Positions 43,540-53,214 are shown, numbered from the stretch's first letter. The stretch: 64,000 nucleotides of DNA from Solirubrobacterales bacterium (GCA_035572835.1 DATNAG010000054.1:28553-92552); one strand, 5' to 3'. Notes: generated from the letters alone by a model not told the origin. Program-made: numbers and translations.

Positions 43540-43601
43540 GGACCCGGCCATCTCGGAGGCGACCCGGGCAGGCTGAGGCCGCCTCCGAGATGGCCGGGTC
43601 C
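43540..43601 (+). repeat. Hairpin of repeated element, copy B: 22-bp perfect stem, 18-nt loop containing CCCGGGCAGGCTG
   Basis: GGACCCGGCCATCTCGGAGGCG / ACCCGGGCAGGCTGAGGC / CGCCTCCGAGATGGCCGGGTCC. It starts 2 nt after the TGA of the LLM gene. Confidence 0.85.
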
Positions 43602-43723
43602 GTGGGGGGAGGTGAGGGTGCGGGTCCCGTGCGGTCTCGTCGGGAAGCGCGTGGAGAGGTGCGCGAGACGCGCGGAACGTCACGTCTGCCCAGGAGGGAC
43701 GCGACAGGTGGGGTCGCGCCCCG

Positions 43724-43775
43724 GGCAGCGTCCGACTTTACCTGCCATATATGGCGGGTAAAGTCGGACGCTGCC
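43724..43775. repeat. Near-perfect 52-nt palindrome with CCATATATGG core (possible bidirectional terminator)
   Basis: GGCAGCGTCCGACTTTACCTGCCATAT|ATATGGCGGGTAAAGTCGGACGCTGCC has one T/G mismatch. Read directly from the sequence. Confidence 0.8.
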
Positions 43776-43910
43776 GGAGGGGTCATGGGGATGTGTGGCG
43801 TCTCCGTGCCGTTCCCGGCCGCAGTCCCCCGGACCCTTCCCGTCCCGCCCGCAGGCCCCGGACCCTTGCCCGCCCGATCGACCCGCCCGACCTCTCGCCG
43901 TCCCGCCTAC

Positions 43911-44768
43911 TTAGTTGGCGACGAAGCGCATCCGGGGGTCCGGATGGGGGTGGGCGCGCAGCAGCGCCTGGGTGTATTCGTCCTTCGGATGGGCGAAGAC
44001 GTCTTGCGTCGTCCCGGTCTCGACGATCCGGCCTTTCTGCATCACCGCGATCCGATCGGCGACCTCGGCGATCACCGCCAGCTGGTGGGAGATGAAGAGG
44101 ACGGCGACGCCGAGCTCCTCGCGCAGGTCGAGGAACAGGTTCAACAGCTGCGCCTGCACCGACACGTCGAGGGCGCTGACGGCCTCGTCGGCGATGATCA
44201 GCTCCGGGTCGACCGCCAGCGCGCGGGCGATCGAGACCCGCTGGCGCTGCCCGCCGGAGAGCTCGCGCGGCTTGCGCGGCGCGATCCGGTCGGTGAGCTG
44301 GACCAGCCCGAGCAACCGCGAGACGAAGGCCTGCTCGTTCTCGCTCCCGGGACGGTTGTGGACCTTGCCCGCTTCGTGCAGCGCCGCGCCGATCGTCATC
44401 CGCGGGTTGAGCGACGCGTAGGGATCCTGGAAGACCATCTGCATCCGCCGCCGCAGCTCGCGCAGCTCGGCACCCTTGTGGGCGCGGATGTCGATCCCGT
44501 CGACCCGGACCGCGCCGCCGTCGGGCTCGATCAGGCGGATCAGGCAACGGGCGAGCGTCGTCTTGCCGGAGCCCGAGCCGCCCGCGATGCCGAGGATCTC
44601 GCCACGGTCGAGGGTGAAGCTGACGTCATCGACCGCCCGGTGCGGGGCGACCTGCTTGCGCGCGATCCGCTCGGCGAGCCCGCGGCGCAGACCGAACTCC
44701 TTGACCAACGACTCGACCTCCAGCAGGTGCGCGGCGCTCTTCGTCTCCTCGGTGAGGACGTCGCTCAT
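43911..44768 (-). CDS. Peptide/opine/nickel-type ABC transporter ATP-binding protein (OppF/DppF-like)
   Basis: GIAGGSGSGKTTL (Walker A), LSGGQRQRVSIARAL, LIIADEAVSALD. Confidence 0.85.
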   Translation of the reverse strand: MSDVLTEETKSAAHLLEVESLVKEFGLRRGLAERIARKQVAPHRAVDDVSFTLDRGEILGIAGGSGSGKTTLARCLIRLIEPDGGAVRVDGIDIRAHKGAELRELRRRMQMVFQDPYASLNPRMTIGAALHEAGKVHNRPGSENEQAFVSRLLGLVQLTDRIAPRKPRELSGGQRQRVSIARALAVDPELIIADEAVSALDVSVQAQLLNLFLDLREELGVAVLFISHQLAVIAEVADRIAVMQKGRIVETGTTQDVFAHPKDEYTQALLRAHPHPDPRMRFVAN

Positions 44769-45784
44769 GCTTCCACCCTCGCGGCCCGCTCGGCGCTGCG
44801 CGCCCCGGCCTCGGCGTAGGGCCGCACCGGGCAGGCGCTCTCCTGGTCGGCGCCGACCTTCTCCAGCTTCATCTCGATCCCGGCGCAGTCCTGCTTCGCG
44901 TGCTCGCAGCGCGGCGCGAAGACGCAGCCGGGGATGAAGTCGGAGAGCTCCGGCGGGTGCCCGGCGAGGGCGGCGCGGCGCTGGACGTTGCCGGCCGAGT
45001 CGAGCTCCGGCACCGAGTTCAGCAGCGCCCGCGTGTAGGGGTGTTCCGGTTCGTGGTAGATCGTCTCCACCGGGCCGGTCTCGACGATGTGCCCGCCGTA
45101 CATCACCGCCACCCGGTCGCAGGCCTGGGCGATGACGCCGAAGTCGTGGGAGACGAGCAGCATCGCCATCCCCTCCTCGGCGCGCATCTTCGCCAACAGT
45201 TTGAGGATCTGCGCCTGGGTCGTCACGTCGAGCGCGGTGGTCGGCTCGTCGGCCAACATCAGCCGCGGGCTCGAGGCGGTCGCGATCGCGATCATCACCC
45301 GCTGGCACATGCCGCCCGAGAGCTCGTGCGGGTAGGCCCGGTAGCGGCGCTCGGGATCCTCGATCCCGACCCGGTCGAGCAGGGCCACCGACTCCACCTT
45401 CGCCGCCTTGTTCGACAGCCCCCGGTTCACCTTCAAGGTTTCCGCGATCTGCGCGCCGGCGCGCATCGTCGGGTTCAGCGACCCGAAGGGGTTCTGGTAG
45501 ATCATCCCGACCGAGTGGGCGCGGAAGTCGCGCAGCTCCGAGGTGCCGAGGGAGAGGACGTCCTCGCCGTCGAAGCGGATCGACCCGGCCGAGATCGCGC
45601 CCGGCTCGGGGACCATCCGCATCACCGCGCGGCAAGTGAGGCTCTTGCCGGAGCCCGACTCGCCGACCAGGCCGACGACTTCGCCTTGCTCGACCGCCAG
45701 GTCGACGCCCTTGACCGCGACCAATCGCTCCTCGTCCTCGCCGGGGAACTCGATCCGCAGCGACTCGATCTCGAGCAGGCTCAT
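44765..45784 (-). CDS. Peptide/opine/nickel-type ABC transporter ATP-binding protein (OppD/DppD-like) with C-terminal Cys-rich extension
   Basis: GLVGESGSGKSLT, LSGGMCQRVMIAIA, LMLADEPTTALD. C-terminal CVFAPRCEHAKQDC. Confidence 0.85.
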   Translation of the reverse strand: MSLLEIESLRIEFPGEDEERLVAVKGVDLAVEQGEVVGLVGESGSGKSLTCRAVMRMVPEPGAISAGSIRFDGEDVLSLGTSELRDFRAHSVGMIYQNPFGSLNPTMRAGAQIAETLKVNRGLSNKAAKVESVALLDRVGIEDPERRYRAYPHELSGGMCQRVMIAIATASSPRLMLADEPTTALDVTTQAQILKLLAKMRAEEGMAMLLVSHDFGVIAQACDRVAVMYGGHIVETGPVETIYHEPEHPYTRALLNSVPELDSAGNVQRRAALAGHPPELSDFIPGCVFAPRCEHAKQDCAGIEMKLEKVGADQESACPVRPYAEAGARSAERAARVEA

Positions 45785-46659
45785 CGTCCACCCCGCTCGA
45801 GGCCGCGGTCGGAGATCCCCTCGCCGATCAGCCCGACGCCGACGCCGAACAACACCAGCACCAGGCCGGGCAGGGTCGCGATCCACCAGGCGGTCAGGAG
45901 ATAGCCCTGGCCGTCGGCGATGATCCCGCCGAGCTCGGCGGTCGGCGGCTGCACGCCGAAGCCGAGGTAGGAGAGCCCGGCGAGCAGGATCAGGTTGCCG
46001 ATCAGGTCGATGGTCGAGTAGACGAAGCAGGGCCGGGCGACGTTGGGCAGGCCGTGCTTGAAGATCGCCCGCCATTTGCTGTAGCCGAGGGCGGTCGTCG
46101 CCAGCATGTAGGGCTGCTCGCGCACGACCAGCATTTCCGCCCGGGCCAATCGCGCGTACAGCGCCCAGGCGGCGAGCGGCACGCCGATCAGGAACCCCTC
46201 GACCCCGGGCCCGACGATCGCCACCACGGCGATCACCAGGACGATGAACGGGAAGGCGATGAACACGTCGGCGAGGCGGGAGACGATCGTGTCGGCCCAG
46301 CCGCCGAAGTAGCCGGCGAGCGCCCCTACGATGACCGCGAAAGGCAGCGGCACATAGGTCACCAGCAGCGCCAGGAGGATGTCGAGGCGGAGCGCGTAGA
46401 GGGTGCGAGAGAAGACGTCGCGGCCGGTGTCGTCGGTACCGAAGAGGTGCTGGCCGGAGGGCGAGGCGAGCAGCGAGAAGGGGTCGATTTCGTTCGGCCC
46501 GTAGGGGGCGATCAGCGGCGCGAGGATCGCCGCCAGGGCGAGCACGCCGAAGATCCCGGCGCCGACCTTGACCGTCATCGGCCAGCGCTTGACCCGCCGC
46601 AGGATGCCACGCCGGCGAGCCGGGGCGACCGTGCCCGCGTCGACGGTCGCGGCGCTCAC
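45781..46659 (-). CDS. ABC transporter permease (DppC/OppC-like)
   Basis: HLFGTDDTGRDVFSR and six helices. Start/stop overlaps on both sides. Confidence 0.85.
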   Translation of the reverse strand: MSAATVDAGTVAPARRRGILRRVKRWPMTVKVGAGIFGVLALAAILAPLIAPYGPNEIDPFSLLASPSGQHLFGTDDTGRDVFSRTLYALRLDILLALLVTYVPLPFAVIVGALAGYFGGWADTIVSRLADVFIAFPFIVLVIAVVAIVGPGVEGFLIGVPLAAWALYARLARAEMLVVREQPYMLATTALGYSKWRAIFKHGLPNVARPCFVYSTIDLIGNLILLAGLSYLGFGVQPPTAELGGIIADGQGYLLTAWWIATLPGLVLVLFGVGVGLIGEGISDRGLERGGR

Positions 46660-47600
46660 GAGCGGCCCGCCAGTCGGATGCGGGGATCGAGCCAGGCGTA
46701 GGCGAAGTCGGCGAGGAAGCCGATGATCACGACGAACGCGCCGCTGAGGAAGACCAGGGTCTGGACCAGCTGGTAGTCGCGTTTGGAGACCGCCTGGACC
46801 AGCAGCGTGCCCGCGCCGGGGATGCGGAAGACGCTTTCGACCAGCACCAGCAGGCCGACGATGAAGCCGAAGAGGGAGGCGAGGATCGTGATCAGGCCGA
46901 CGATCGAGTTGCGCATCGCGTGCTTGGAGACGACCCGCAGCTCGCTGTAGCCACGCGCCCGCGCCGCCTCGATGTAATCGCTGTGGAGCACGGTGACGAG
47001 GTTGGCGCGCAGGTTGCGGACGACGATCACCAGCAGGCCGAGGCCGACGGTCAGGGCCGGCAGCGTGCAGGTGCGGAGGATCCCGCTGATCCCGGTTTCA
47101 TACCCCGAGACCGGGAACCATCCGAGCTTGTAGCCGAGCAGCAGGGCCAGCATCAGCCCGAGCCAGAAGGGCGGCATGGCGAAGGTGAAGGTGGTAGTCA
47201 CGCGGATCGCGTTGTCGATCCAGCCACCTTGGCGTAGCGCCGCCCAGATCGCCAGCGGCACCCCGATCACCAGCGAGATCAGGATTCCGTAGATCAGCAC
47301 GACCGCGGTCGGCGTGACCCGGTCGCCGACCAGTTCCGAGACGCCCGAGTTGAACGCCGTCGACTGACCGAAGTCGAAGGTGACGATGTTGCCGAGGTAG
47401 ATCCAGAACTGCTGGGGCAGGGACTTGTCGAGCCCCCACTCCTTGTGCAGGTGTGCGACCGCTTCCGGCGTCGCGTGGACGCCGAGCTGGATCTTCGCCG
47501 GGTCGCCGGGGATCAGGTGGATCATCAGGAACGTCCCCAGCGCGATCCCGAGCAGGACCACGATGCTGACGATCAGTCGTTTGACCAGATAGACGAGCAT
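46656..47600 (-). CDS. ABC transporter permease (DppB/OppB-like)
   Basis: MLVYLVKRLIVSIVVLLGIALGTFLMIHLIPGDP and YIEAARARGYSELRVVSKHAMRN (EAA-type loop). Confidence 0.85.
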   Translation of the reverse strand: MLVYLVKRLIVSIVVLLGIALGTFLMIHLIPGDPAKIQLGVHATPEAVAHLHKEWGLDKSLPQQFWIYLGNIVTFDFGQSTAFNSGVSELVGDRVTPTAVVLIYGILISLVIGVPLAIWAALRQGGWIDNAIRVTTTFTFAMPPFWLGLMLALLLGYKLGWFPVSGYETGISGILRTCTLPALTVGLGLLVIVVRNLRANLVTVLHSDYIEAARARGYSELRVVSKHAMRNSIVGLITILASLFGFIVGLLVLVESVFRIPGAGTLLVQAVSKRDYQLVQTLVFLSGAFVVIIGFLADFAYAWLDPRIRLAGRS

Positions 47601-47630
47601 CGCGGTCCCTCGGGTTACTCCTTCGGTCCT

Positions 47631-49265
47631 CTAGGAGGACGCCTTGCCGACCCACGTTTCCTGCAGCTGATCGACGCCGAGGCCGTTCGCCTTGGTGCCG
47701 CAGATGTTGGATTCGTGGCCGTTGATCAGGGGGTAGTCCATGACGTTCAGCGACGGCATTTCTTCGTTGAACAGTTCCTGGATCACTTTCCATTCCGGCT
47801 TGCGGGTCGCTTCGTCGGTGTTGCTGATGAATTTCTGGACCAGCTTTTTCGCTTCGTCGTTGGTCCAGAACGATTTGAACCCGTCGAGTTCGGCTTCCGG
47901 TAGCGCGAAGAGGCTGGCGTACTCGTCCGGCACCGGAATGTCGGAGGAGGTGCCGGCGAACGGGAAGGTCATTTCGAATTCGCCTTCCAGCCACTGTTCG
48001 GCGATCGTCGCCGCTTCCTCTTCTTCCAGCTTCACGTTGACGCCGATTTCCTTCAGCTCCGCCTGCAACAGCAGCGACAGCTGTTTGTAGTAGTCGAAGC
48101 CGGCCGGGTACTTCATGCTGACCGAGAAGCCGTTGGCGAATTTCGATTTCGCCATTTCTTCTTTCGCTTTCCCGACGTTGAATTCGAATGGCGGCACTTC
48201 CTGGTCGGAAGCATCGAGTTCGAACTTCTGGATCACGCTGTTGGGGACCGTGCCGGTGCCGCGGAACACCGCTTCGTTCAGCTGTTCGCGGTTGATCGCG
48301 AGGCTGATCGCCCGACGGACGTGGACGTCGCCGAGCGCCTTCACTTTGTTGTTCAGGATCAGCATCGCCTCCTGCGGGAATTCGACCTGCTGGATCGTCA
48401 CGCCGGATTCACCCTGCAGCGATTCCACCTGGTTGAAGGGGATGCCGTCGGCGAGGTTGGCCTGGCCCGATTTGAGTTCGAGCACGCGGGTGTTGGAGTT
48501 GGGGACGAAGTTCCAGCGCATCGTCTGCACGTAGGGCTTGCCCTTTTCGAAGTAGTTCGGGTTTTTTTCGAAGGTGATGTGCGAGCCGCTGGCGAATTCC
48601 TTCATCACGAACGGGCCGCTCGAGACCGGGTGCTTCCAGAAGGCGTCGCCTTCCGCTTCGACTTTGTCTTTCGGCACGACGAAGGCCGGGAAGACGGCGA
48701 TGTTGTAGAGGAAAGCGGCGACCGGGTATTCGAGTTCGACCACCACGGTCGATTTGTCCGGGGCGCTGATCTTCTTGATGCCTTCACCCAGGGACGGCAG
48801 CGACACGTTGGTTTCCGGATCGGCGAACTGTTCCATGTTCCAGGCGATGTCTTCCGCCGTGATCGGCGAGCCGTCCGAGTATTTGATCCCCGGTTTGAGG
48901 GTGAAGGTGTAGGTCAGGCCGTCTTTCGAGACGTCCCATTTTTCGGCCAGCGCCGGGACGACCTTGGCCGACCCGTCGGGGTCGTTGCGGACGAGGCCCG
49001 AGTAGAGCATTTCGTCGGCGAAGATGTCCCCGTTGCCGTTCTTGATTTCGCGTGGGTTCAGGGTCACCACTTCGAGCTGGCGGGCGTAGGTGAGGTTGCC
49101 GCCGACCACCGGTTCTTCTTCGCAGATTTCGGAGGCGGCCGTCGGTTTCCCTTCGCCTTCCTGGGCGACGGAGATCGAGCCGCCGCCGCCACTGCTGCCG
49201 CCGCAGGCGCTGACGAGCAGCGCCAGGAGCGCGCCCATCGTTCCGATCAGTAAGAGCTTTCTCAT
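47631..49265 (-). CDS. Family 5 (peptide/opine/nickel-type) substrate-binding lipoprotein
   Basis: MRKLLLIGTMGALLALLVSACGG lipobox; about 540 aa. GGAGA-type RBS. Start taken at 49265 rather than at the longer ORF start. Confidence 0.8.
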   Translation of the reverse strand: MRKLLLIGTMGALLALLVSACGGSSGGGGSISVAQEGEGKPTAASEICEEEPVVGGNLTYARQLEVVTLNPREIKNGNGDIFADEMLYSGLVRNDPDGSAKVVPALAEKWDVSKDGLTYTFTLKPGIKYSDGSPITAEDIAWNMEQFADPETNVSLPSLGEGIKKISAPDKSTVVVELEYPVAAFLYNIAVFPAFVVPKDKVEAEGDAFWKHPVSSGPFVMKEFASGSHITFEKNPNYFEKGKPYVQTMRWNFVPNSNTRVLELKSGQANLADGIPFNQVESLQGESGVTIQQVEFPQEAMLILNNKVKALGDVHVRRAISLAINREQLNEAVFRGTGTVPNSVIQKFELDASDQEVPPFEFNVGKAKEEMAKSKFANGFSVSMKYPAGFDYYKQLSLLLQAELKEIGVNVKLEEEEAATIAEQWLEGEFEMTFPFAGTSSDIPVPDEYASLFALPEAELDGFKSFWTNDEAKKLVQKFISNTDEATRKPEWKVIQELFNEEMPSLNVMDYPLINGHESNICGTKANGLGVDQLQETWVGKASS

Positions 49266-49284
49266 GCTTCTCTCCTCTTCTTGG

Positions 49285-50529
49285 TCATCGACGAGGGACG
49301 CGTGCCGCAACTGCATCGATACCAGCCTCGACCGCGGTGAGCGCCTGGTCAAGGTCGCGCCCGTCCATCGCCGCGGAGACGAACCAGTTGTGCCGGGGGT
49401 GGAGGTACAGCCCGTGCTTGCCGCACGCGGCCGTGAAGATGTCGGCGAGGGCGCGATCGTCGTCGTCGGCCGCGAAGCGCGCGTAGGGCATCGTCGGCGG
49501 CCCGGTGACCACGACCTCGATGCCGCGCGCCTCGGCGGCGGTCGCGATGCCCTCGCGGAAGGTTGTGCCCCAGGCGTTCATCACGGCGAGCGAGTCGTCG
49601 CGCTCCATGATCTCGAGCGTCGCCAGGCCGGCCGCCATCGCGTCGCCGGTCCACCAGAAAGAGCCGGTGGCGAAGACTTTGGCGGCCGCTTCGCGGACCT
49701 CCTCCTTGCCGACCAGCGCCGCCAATGCGTAGCCGTTGGCGATCGCCTTCCCCCAGGCGCTCATGTCGGGGGCGACGCCGAACCGGCGCCAGGCACTGCC
49801 GAGCTCGAGCCGCATGCCGGTACGGACCTCGTCGTGGATCAGGAGCGCGTCGCTGCGGTCGCAGAGCTCGCGCAGACCGACTGCGAACTCGCGCGTGGGC
49901 GCCGCCTGGTCGAAGCCCGCCGGCTGCCGGTACGGGGAGACGATCACCGCGGCGAGGTCGCCGGGGTGGCGGTCGATCGCCGCGGCGACGCTGTCGAGAT
50001 CGTTGAAGTCGAAGTAGTCGAGGCTCTCCCGGTCACCGGGGACGGTCCCCTGGACATCGGGATTGCACCAGGGAAGGGCCCCGTGGTAGGCACCGTTGGC
50101 GACCAGGACCGTGCGTTTGCCGGTATGGGCGCGGGCGAGCGTCACCGAGAGCGTGGTGACGTCGGCGCCGTTCTTCGCGAACAGCGCCCAGGCGCCGTCG
50201 TCGATCATCGGCACCAGCTTCTCGGCGAGGTCGACCATCACCGGCGCGGCGCCGGGCCCGCAGTCGACCTGGGCGTGCTGTAGGGCGACCGCCTCCTCGA
50301 CCTCGGGGTTGAGGTAGCCGAGCACGATCGGGCCCCACGCGCACATCATGTCGATGTACTCGTTGCCGTCGACATCCCAGATGCGGGAGCCCTCGGCCCG
50401 GGCGATGAAATGAGGCGAGCCGGGCCAGTTGACCTGCGGGGAGAAGTGTCCGGCGACGCCTCGGGGGAGGGCTATCGCGGCTCGTTCGTCGAGTTCGAGC
50501 CCGGCCTGGCCCGTAGCAATGGTCGTCAT
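49285..50529 (-). CDS. Class III PLP aminotransferase (glutamate-1-semialdehyde aminomutase-like)
   Basis: GSRIWDVDGNEYIDMMCAWGPIVLGY...LIHDEVRTGMR...DMSAWGKAIANGY (PLP lysine). Confidence 0.8.
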   Translation of the reverse strand: MTTIATGQAGLELDERAAIALPRGVAGHFSPQVNWPGSPHFIARAEGSRIWDVDGNEYIDMMCAWGPIVLGYLNPEVEEAVALQHAQVDCGPGAAPVMVDLAEKLVPMIDDGAWALFAKNGADVTTLSVTLARAHTGKRTVLVANGAYHGALPWCNPDVQGTVPGDRESLDYFDFNDLDSVAAAIDRHPGDLAAVIVSPYRQPAGFDQAAPTREFAVGLRELCDRSDALLIHDEVRTGMRLELGSAWRRFGVAPDMSAWGKAIANGYALAALVGKEEVREAAAKVFATGSFWWTGDAMAAGLATLEIMERDDSLAVMNAWGTTFREGIATAAEARGIEVVVTGPPTMPYARFAADDDDRALADIFTAACGKHGLYLHPRHNWFVSAAMDGRDLDQALTAVEAGIDAVAARVPRR

Positions 50530-50677
50530 TGCGGGATATTAAACAGACGTGCGAAATAGAAGCAAGGACTTATTTCAGACGTACGTATAAAATCGCGCCG
50601 CGCCGTCTGTACGGGTGGCGCAACGGGAATTTGGCCGGCTACAGAGAGGAACGCATGGTGACCTGCCGTCCAGGGGA

Positions 50678-51532
50678 ATGTCGATGAGCGACGCCGGCGC
50701 GACGCCCGCCGAACAGGTCCAGGAAGTCCGCGACCGGGCGGCGCTGGTGCGCCGCGAGACGATCCGCCTGATCGAGATCGCGGGCAACGGCCACTACTCG
50801 AGCGTCTTCTCCTGCGCCGAGCTGATGGGCGCGCTCTACAGCGGCGTGATGAGGATCGCCGAGGACCCGGAGTGGCCAGAGCGCGACCGCCTGATCCTCT
50901 CCAAGGGCCACGTCGCGATCGGCCTCTACCCCCTGCTCGCCGAACGCGGCTACTTCCCCGCCGACTGGCTCGACGGCTACACCCGGCTCGGCAGCCCGCT
51001 CGGCGACCACCCCGACATGCGCCGTATCCCCGGCGTCGATTTCTCCTCCGGCAGCCTCGGCCACGGCCTCTCGATCGGGGTCGGGATGGCGAAGGCGGCG
51101 CGCCTGCGCGGCTACGACGAGACTCGGATCTGGGTGCTGCTCGGCGACCAGGAGCTGAACGAGGGCCAGATCTGGGAAGCGGCCGGCTCGGCCTCCCACT
51201 TCGGCCTCGGCAACCTCGTCGCGATCGTCGACGCCAATCAGATGGGCCTCGACGGGATGACCGAGGAGACGATGTCGGTGGAGCCGATCGCGGGCCGCTT
51301 CGAAGCCTTCGGCTGGGAGGTGGTCGAGATCGACGGGCACGACCCGGAGGCGATCCTCGCCGCCGCCGCCGCCCTGCCGCCCGCCGGCTCGGGCAAACCG
51401 CAATGCATCGTCGCCCGCACGGTGAAGGGCAAAGGAGTCTCTTATATGGAGCTGTCGCGCACCTGGCACATCGGCTACCTCGACCCCGACGACGCGGCCG
51501 CGGCGCTGGTGGAGATCGATCAGCGTGGCTGA
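50678..51532 (+). CDS. Transketolase, N-terminal (PP-domain) subunit
   Basis: GHYSSVFSCAELMGALY...LSKGHVAIGLYPLLA...SSGSLGHGLSIGVGMA...LLGDQELNEGQIWEA. Confidence 0.85.
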   Translation: MSMSDAGATPAEQVQEVRDRAALVRRETIRLIEIAGNGHYSSVFSCAELMGALYSGVMRIAEDPEWPERDRLILSKGHVAIGLYPLLAERGYFPADWLDGYTRLGSPLGDHPDMRRIPGVDFSSGSLGHGLSIGVGMAKAARLRGYDETRIWVLLGDQELNEGQIWEAAGSASHFGLGNLVAIVDANQMGLDGMTEETMSVEPIAGRFEAFGWEVVEIDGHDPEAILAAAAALPPAGSGKPQCIVARTVKGKGVSYMELSRTWHIGYLDPDDAAAALVEIDQRG

Positions 51533-52538
51533 GCTCGAGGGAGTGGAGGTCGCGCCGCAGCCGAGCGGGAAGAGCTGGGACCTGGCCGGGATGGCGCGGC
51601 TGTCGCAGTCGTTCGTCGCCGGCAAGGTGATCGCGGCGATGGCCGACGAGGACCCCGACATCGTCGTCATCACCGCTGACATGAAGTTCTCCAACATGAC
51701 CGTGGACTTCGAGCGGGTCCATCCGGACCGCTTCGTCAACGTCGGCATCTCCGAGCAGCACATGGTCTCGATGGCGGCGGGGATGGCGAGCGTCGGGTGC
51801 AAGCCCTACGTCGGCGCGTTCGCCCCCTTCGTCGGCCTCCTGGCGGGGGAGCAGATCCGCACCGACCTCGCCTATCCGGGGCTGCCGGTGCGGATCCTCG
51901 CCCACCACGCGGGGATCGCGATCGGCTTCTACGGGACTTCCCACCACGCCACCGAGGACCTCGGGCTGATGCGCTCGATCGCCAACATGACCGTCGTCTG
52001 CCCCTGCGACGCGACCGCCACCGAGGCGGCGCTGCGCCAGACCGCCGACCTCCCCGGGCCGGTCTACTTCCGGCTCGGCCGCGGCCGCGACGTCGACGTC
52101 TACGACTCGCTCCCCGCGGGGAGCTGGCGCTTCGGCGAGGCGGCGGTGCTGCGCGAGGGCACCGACCTGACGATCGTCGCCAACGGGATCACCGTCTCGG
52201 CGGCGCTGCAGGCGGCGACGGCGCTGGGCGCCGAGGGCGTCGCGGTGTCGGTGATCGACGCCCACACCGTGCGCCCGTTCGACGGTGCGACGATCGCCGA
52301 GCATGCTGGGCGCAGCGGCAGGCTGCTGGTCGCCGAGGAGCACAACGTGGTCGGCGGCGTGGCGTCCGCCTGCGCCGAAGCCCTGGTCGAGCACGGCCAG
52401 GCCGGCGTGAAGATGGAGCGGATCGGGATGCCGCCCGACGAGTACTCGCTGATCGGTCCACCCACCCACCTCTACCGGCACTACGGCATGGACGCCGCCG
52501 GGATCGAGAAGAAGGCGCGCGAGCTGCTCGCCGGCTGA
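51525..52538 (+). CDS. Transketolase, C-terminal (Pyr + C-terminal domain) subunit
   Basis: RFVNVGISEQHMVSMAAGMA...FAPFV...GTSHHATEDLGLMRSI. The GTG start overlaps the end of the N-terminal subunit gene. Confidence 0.85.
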   Translation: MAELEGVEVAPQPSGKSWDLAGMARLSQSFVAGKVIAAMADEDPDIVVITADMKFSNMTVDFERVHPDRFVNVGISEQHMVSMAAGMASVGCKPYVGAFAPFVGLLAGEQIRTDLAYPGLPVRILAHHAGIAIGFYGTSHHATEDLGLMRSIANMTVVCPCDATATEAALRQTADLPGPVYFRLGRGRDVDVYDSLPAGSWRFGEAAVLREGTDLTIVANGITVSAALQAATALGAEGVAVSVIDAHTVRPFDGATIAEHAGRSGRLLVAEEHNVVGGVASACAEALVEHGQAGVKMERIGMPPDEYSLIGPPTHLYRHYGMDAAGIEKKARELLAG

Positions 52539-52548
52539 AAGGAGCAAC

Positions 52549-53214
52549 GTGAGTCAACTGGAGCAGGCGAAACTCGAGGTGATCGAGTACGCCAACCGGA
52601 TGCTGACCGAGGGCCTCGTGAAGGGGACGGCGGGGAACGTCAGCGTGCGCGTCGGCGACCAGGTCGCGATCACGCCGGGGAGCATCCCCTACGCGGAGAT
52701 CACCCCCGACGGGGTGGCGATCGTCGACCTCGACGGCAACCACATCTCCGGTGGCAACCCCTCTTCGGAGACCCCGCTCCATACCCTCGTCTACCGCGAG
52801 ACCGACGCCGCCGCCGTCGTCCACACCCACTCGATCTACGCGACCACGCTCGCCTGCACGGTGGATGAGCTGCCCGCCGTCCACTACATGATCCACGCCT
52901 TCGGCGGCGACACGATCGAGGTCTCCGACTACGAGCGCTTCGGCTCCGACGAGCTGGCGGCGGCGGTGCACGCGGCGCTCGGCGACCGGCGGGGCGTCTT
53001 GCTGCGCAACCACGGCGCCGTGGTCCACGGGCCGAACCTGACCCGGGCCTACGACCTGGCGGTGCTGCTCGAGTGGCTGGCGGAGCTCTACTGGCGCTCC
53101 TCGGTCTTCGGCGAGCCGCGGATCCTCAGCCACGACCAGCTCGAGGAGGTCGCCACCGAGGCGGCCCGTCGCGCCTACGCGGGGGCGGGTGGCGAGGCGG
53201 AGGACGCCTCGTGA
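52549..53214 (+). CDS. Class II aldolase/adducin-family protein (fuculose-1-phosphate aldolase-like)
   Basis: KGTAGNVSVRV...SSETPLHTLVYRE...VVHTHSIYATTLA...LLRNHGAVVHG. Confidence 0.8.
   Translation: MSQLEQAKLEVIEYANRMLTEGLVKGTAGNVSVRVGDQVAITPGSIPYAEITPDGVAIVDLDGNHISGGNPSSETPLHTLVYRETDAAAVVHTHSIYATTLACTVDELPAVHYMIHAFGGDTIEVSDYERFGSDELAAAVHAALGDRRGVLLRNHGAVVHGPNLTRAYDLAVLLEWLAELYWRSSVFGEPRILSHDQLEEVATEAARRAYAGAGGEAEDAS

Noticed and set aside
50526-52547. 673-aa ORF on the minus strand
   Set aside because: It is antisense to both transketolase subunit genes. Its translation is dominated by R/P/G/S/A runs. Shadow ORF.
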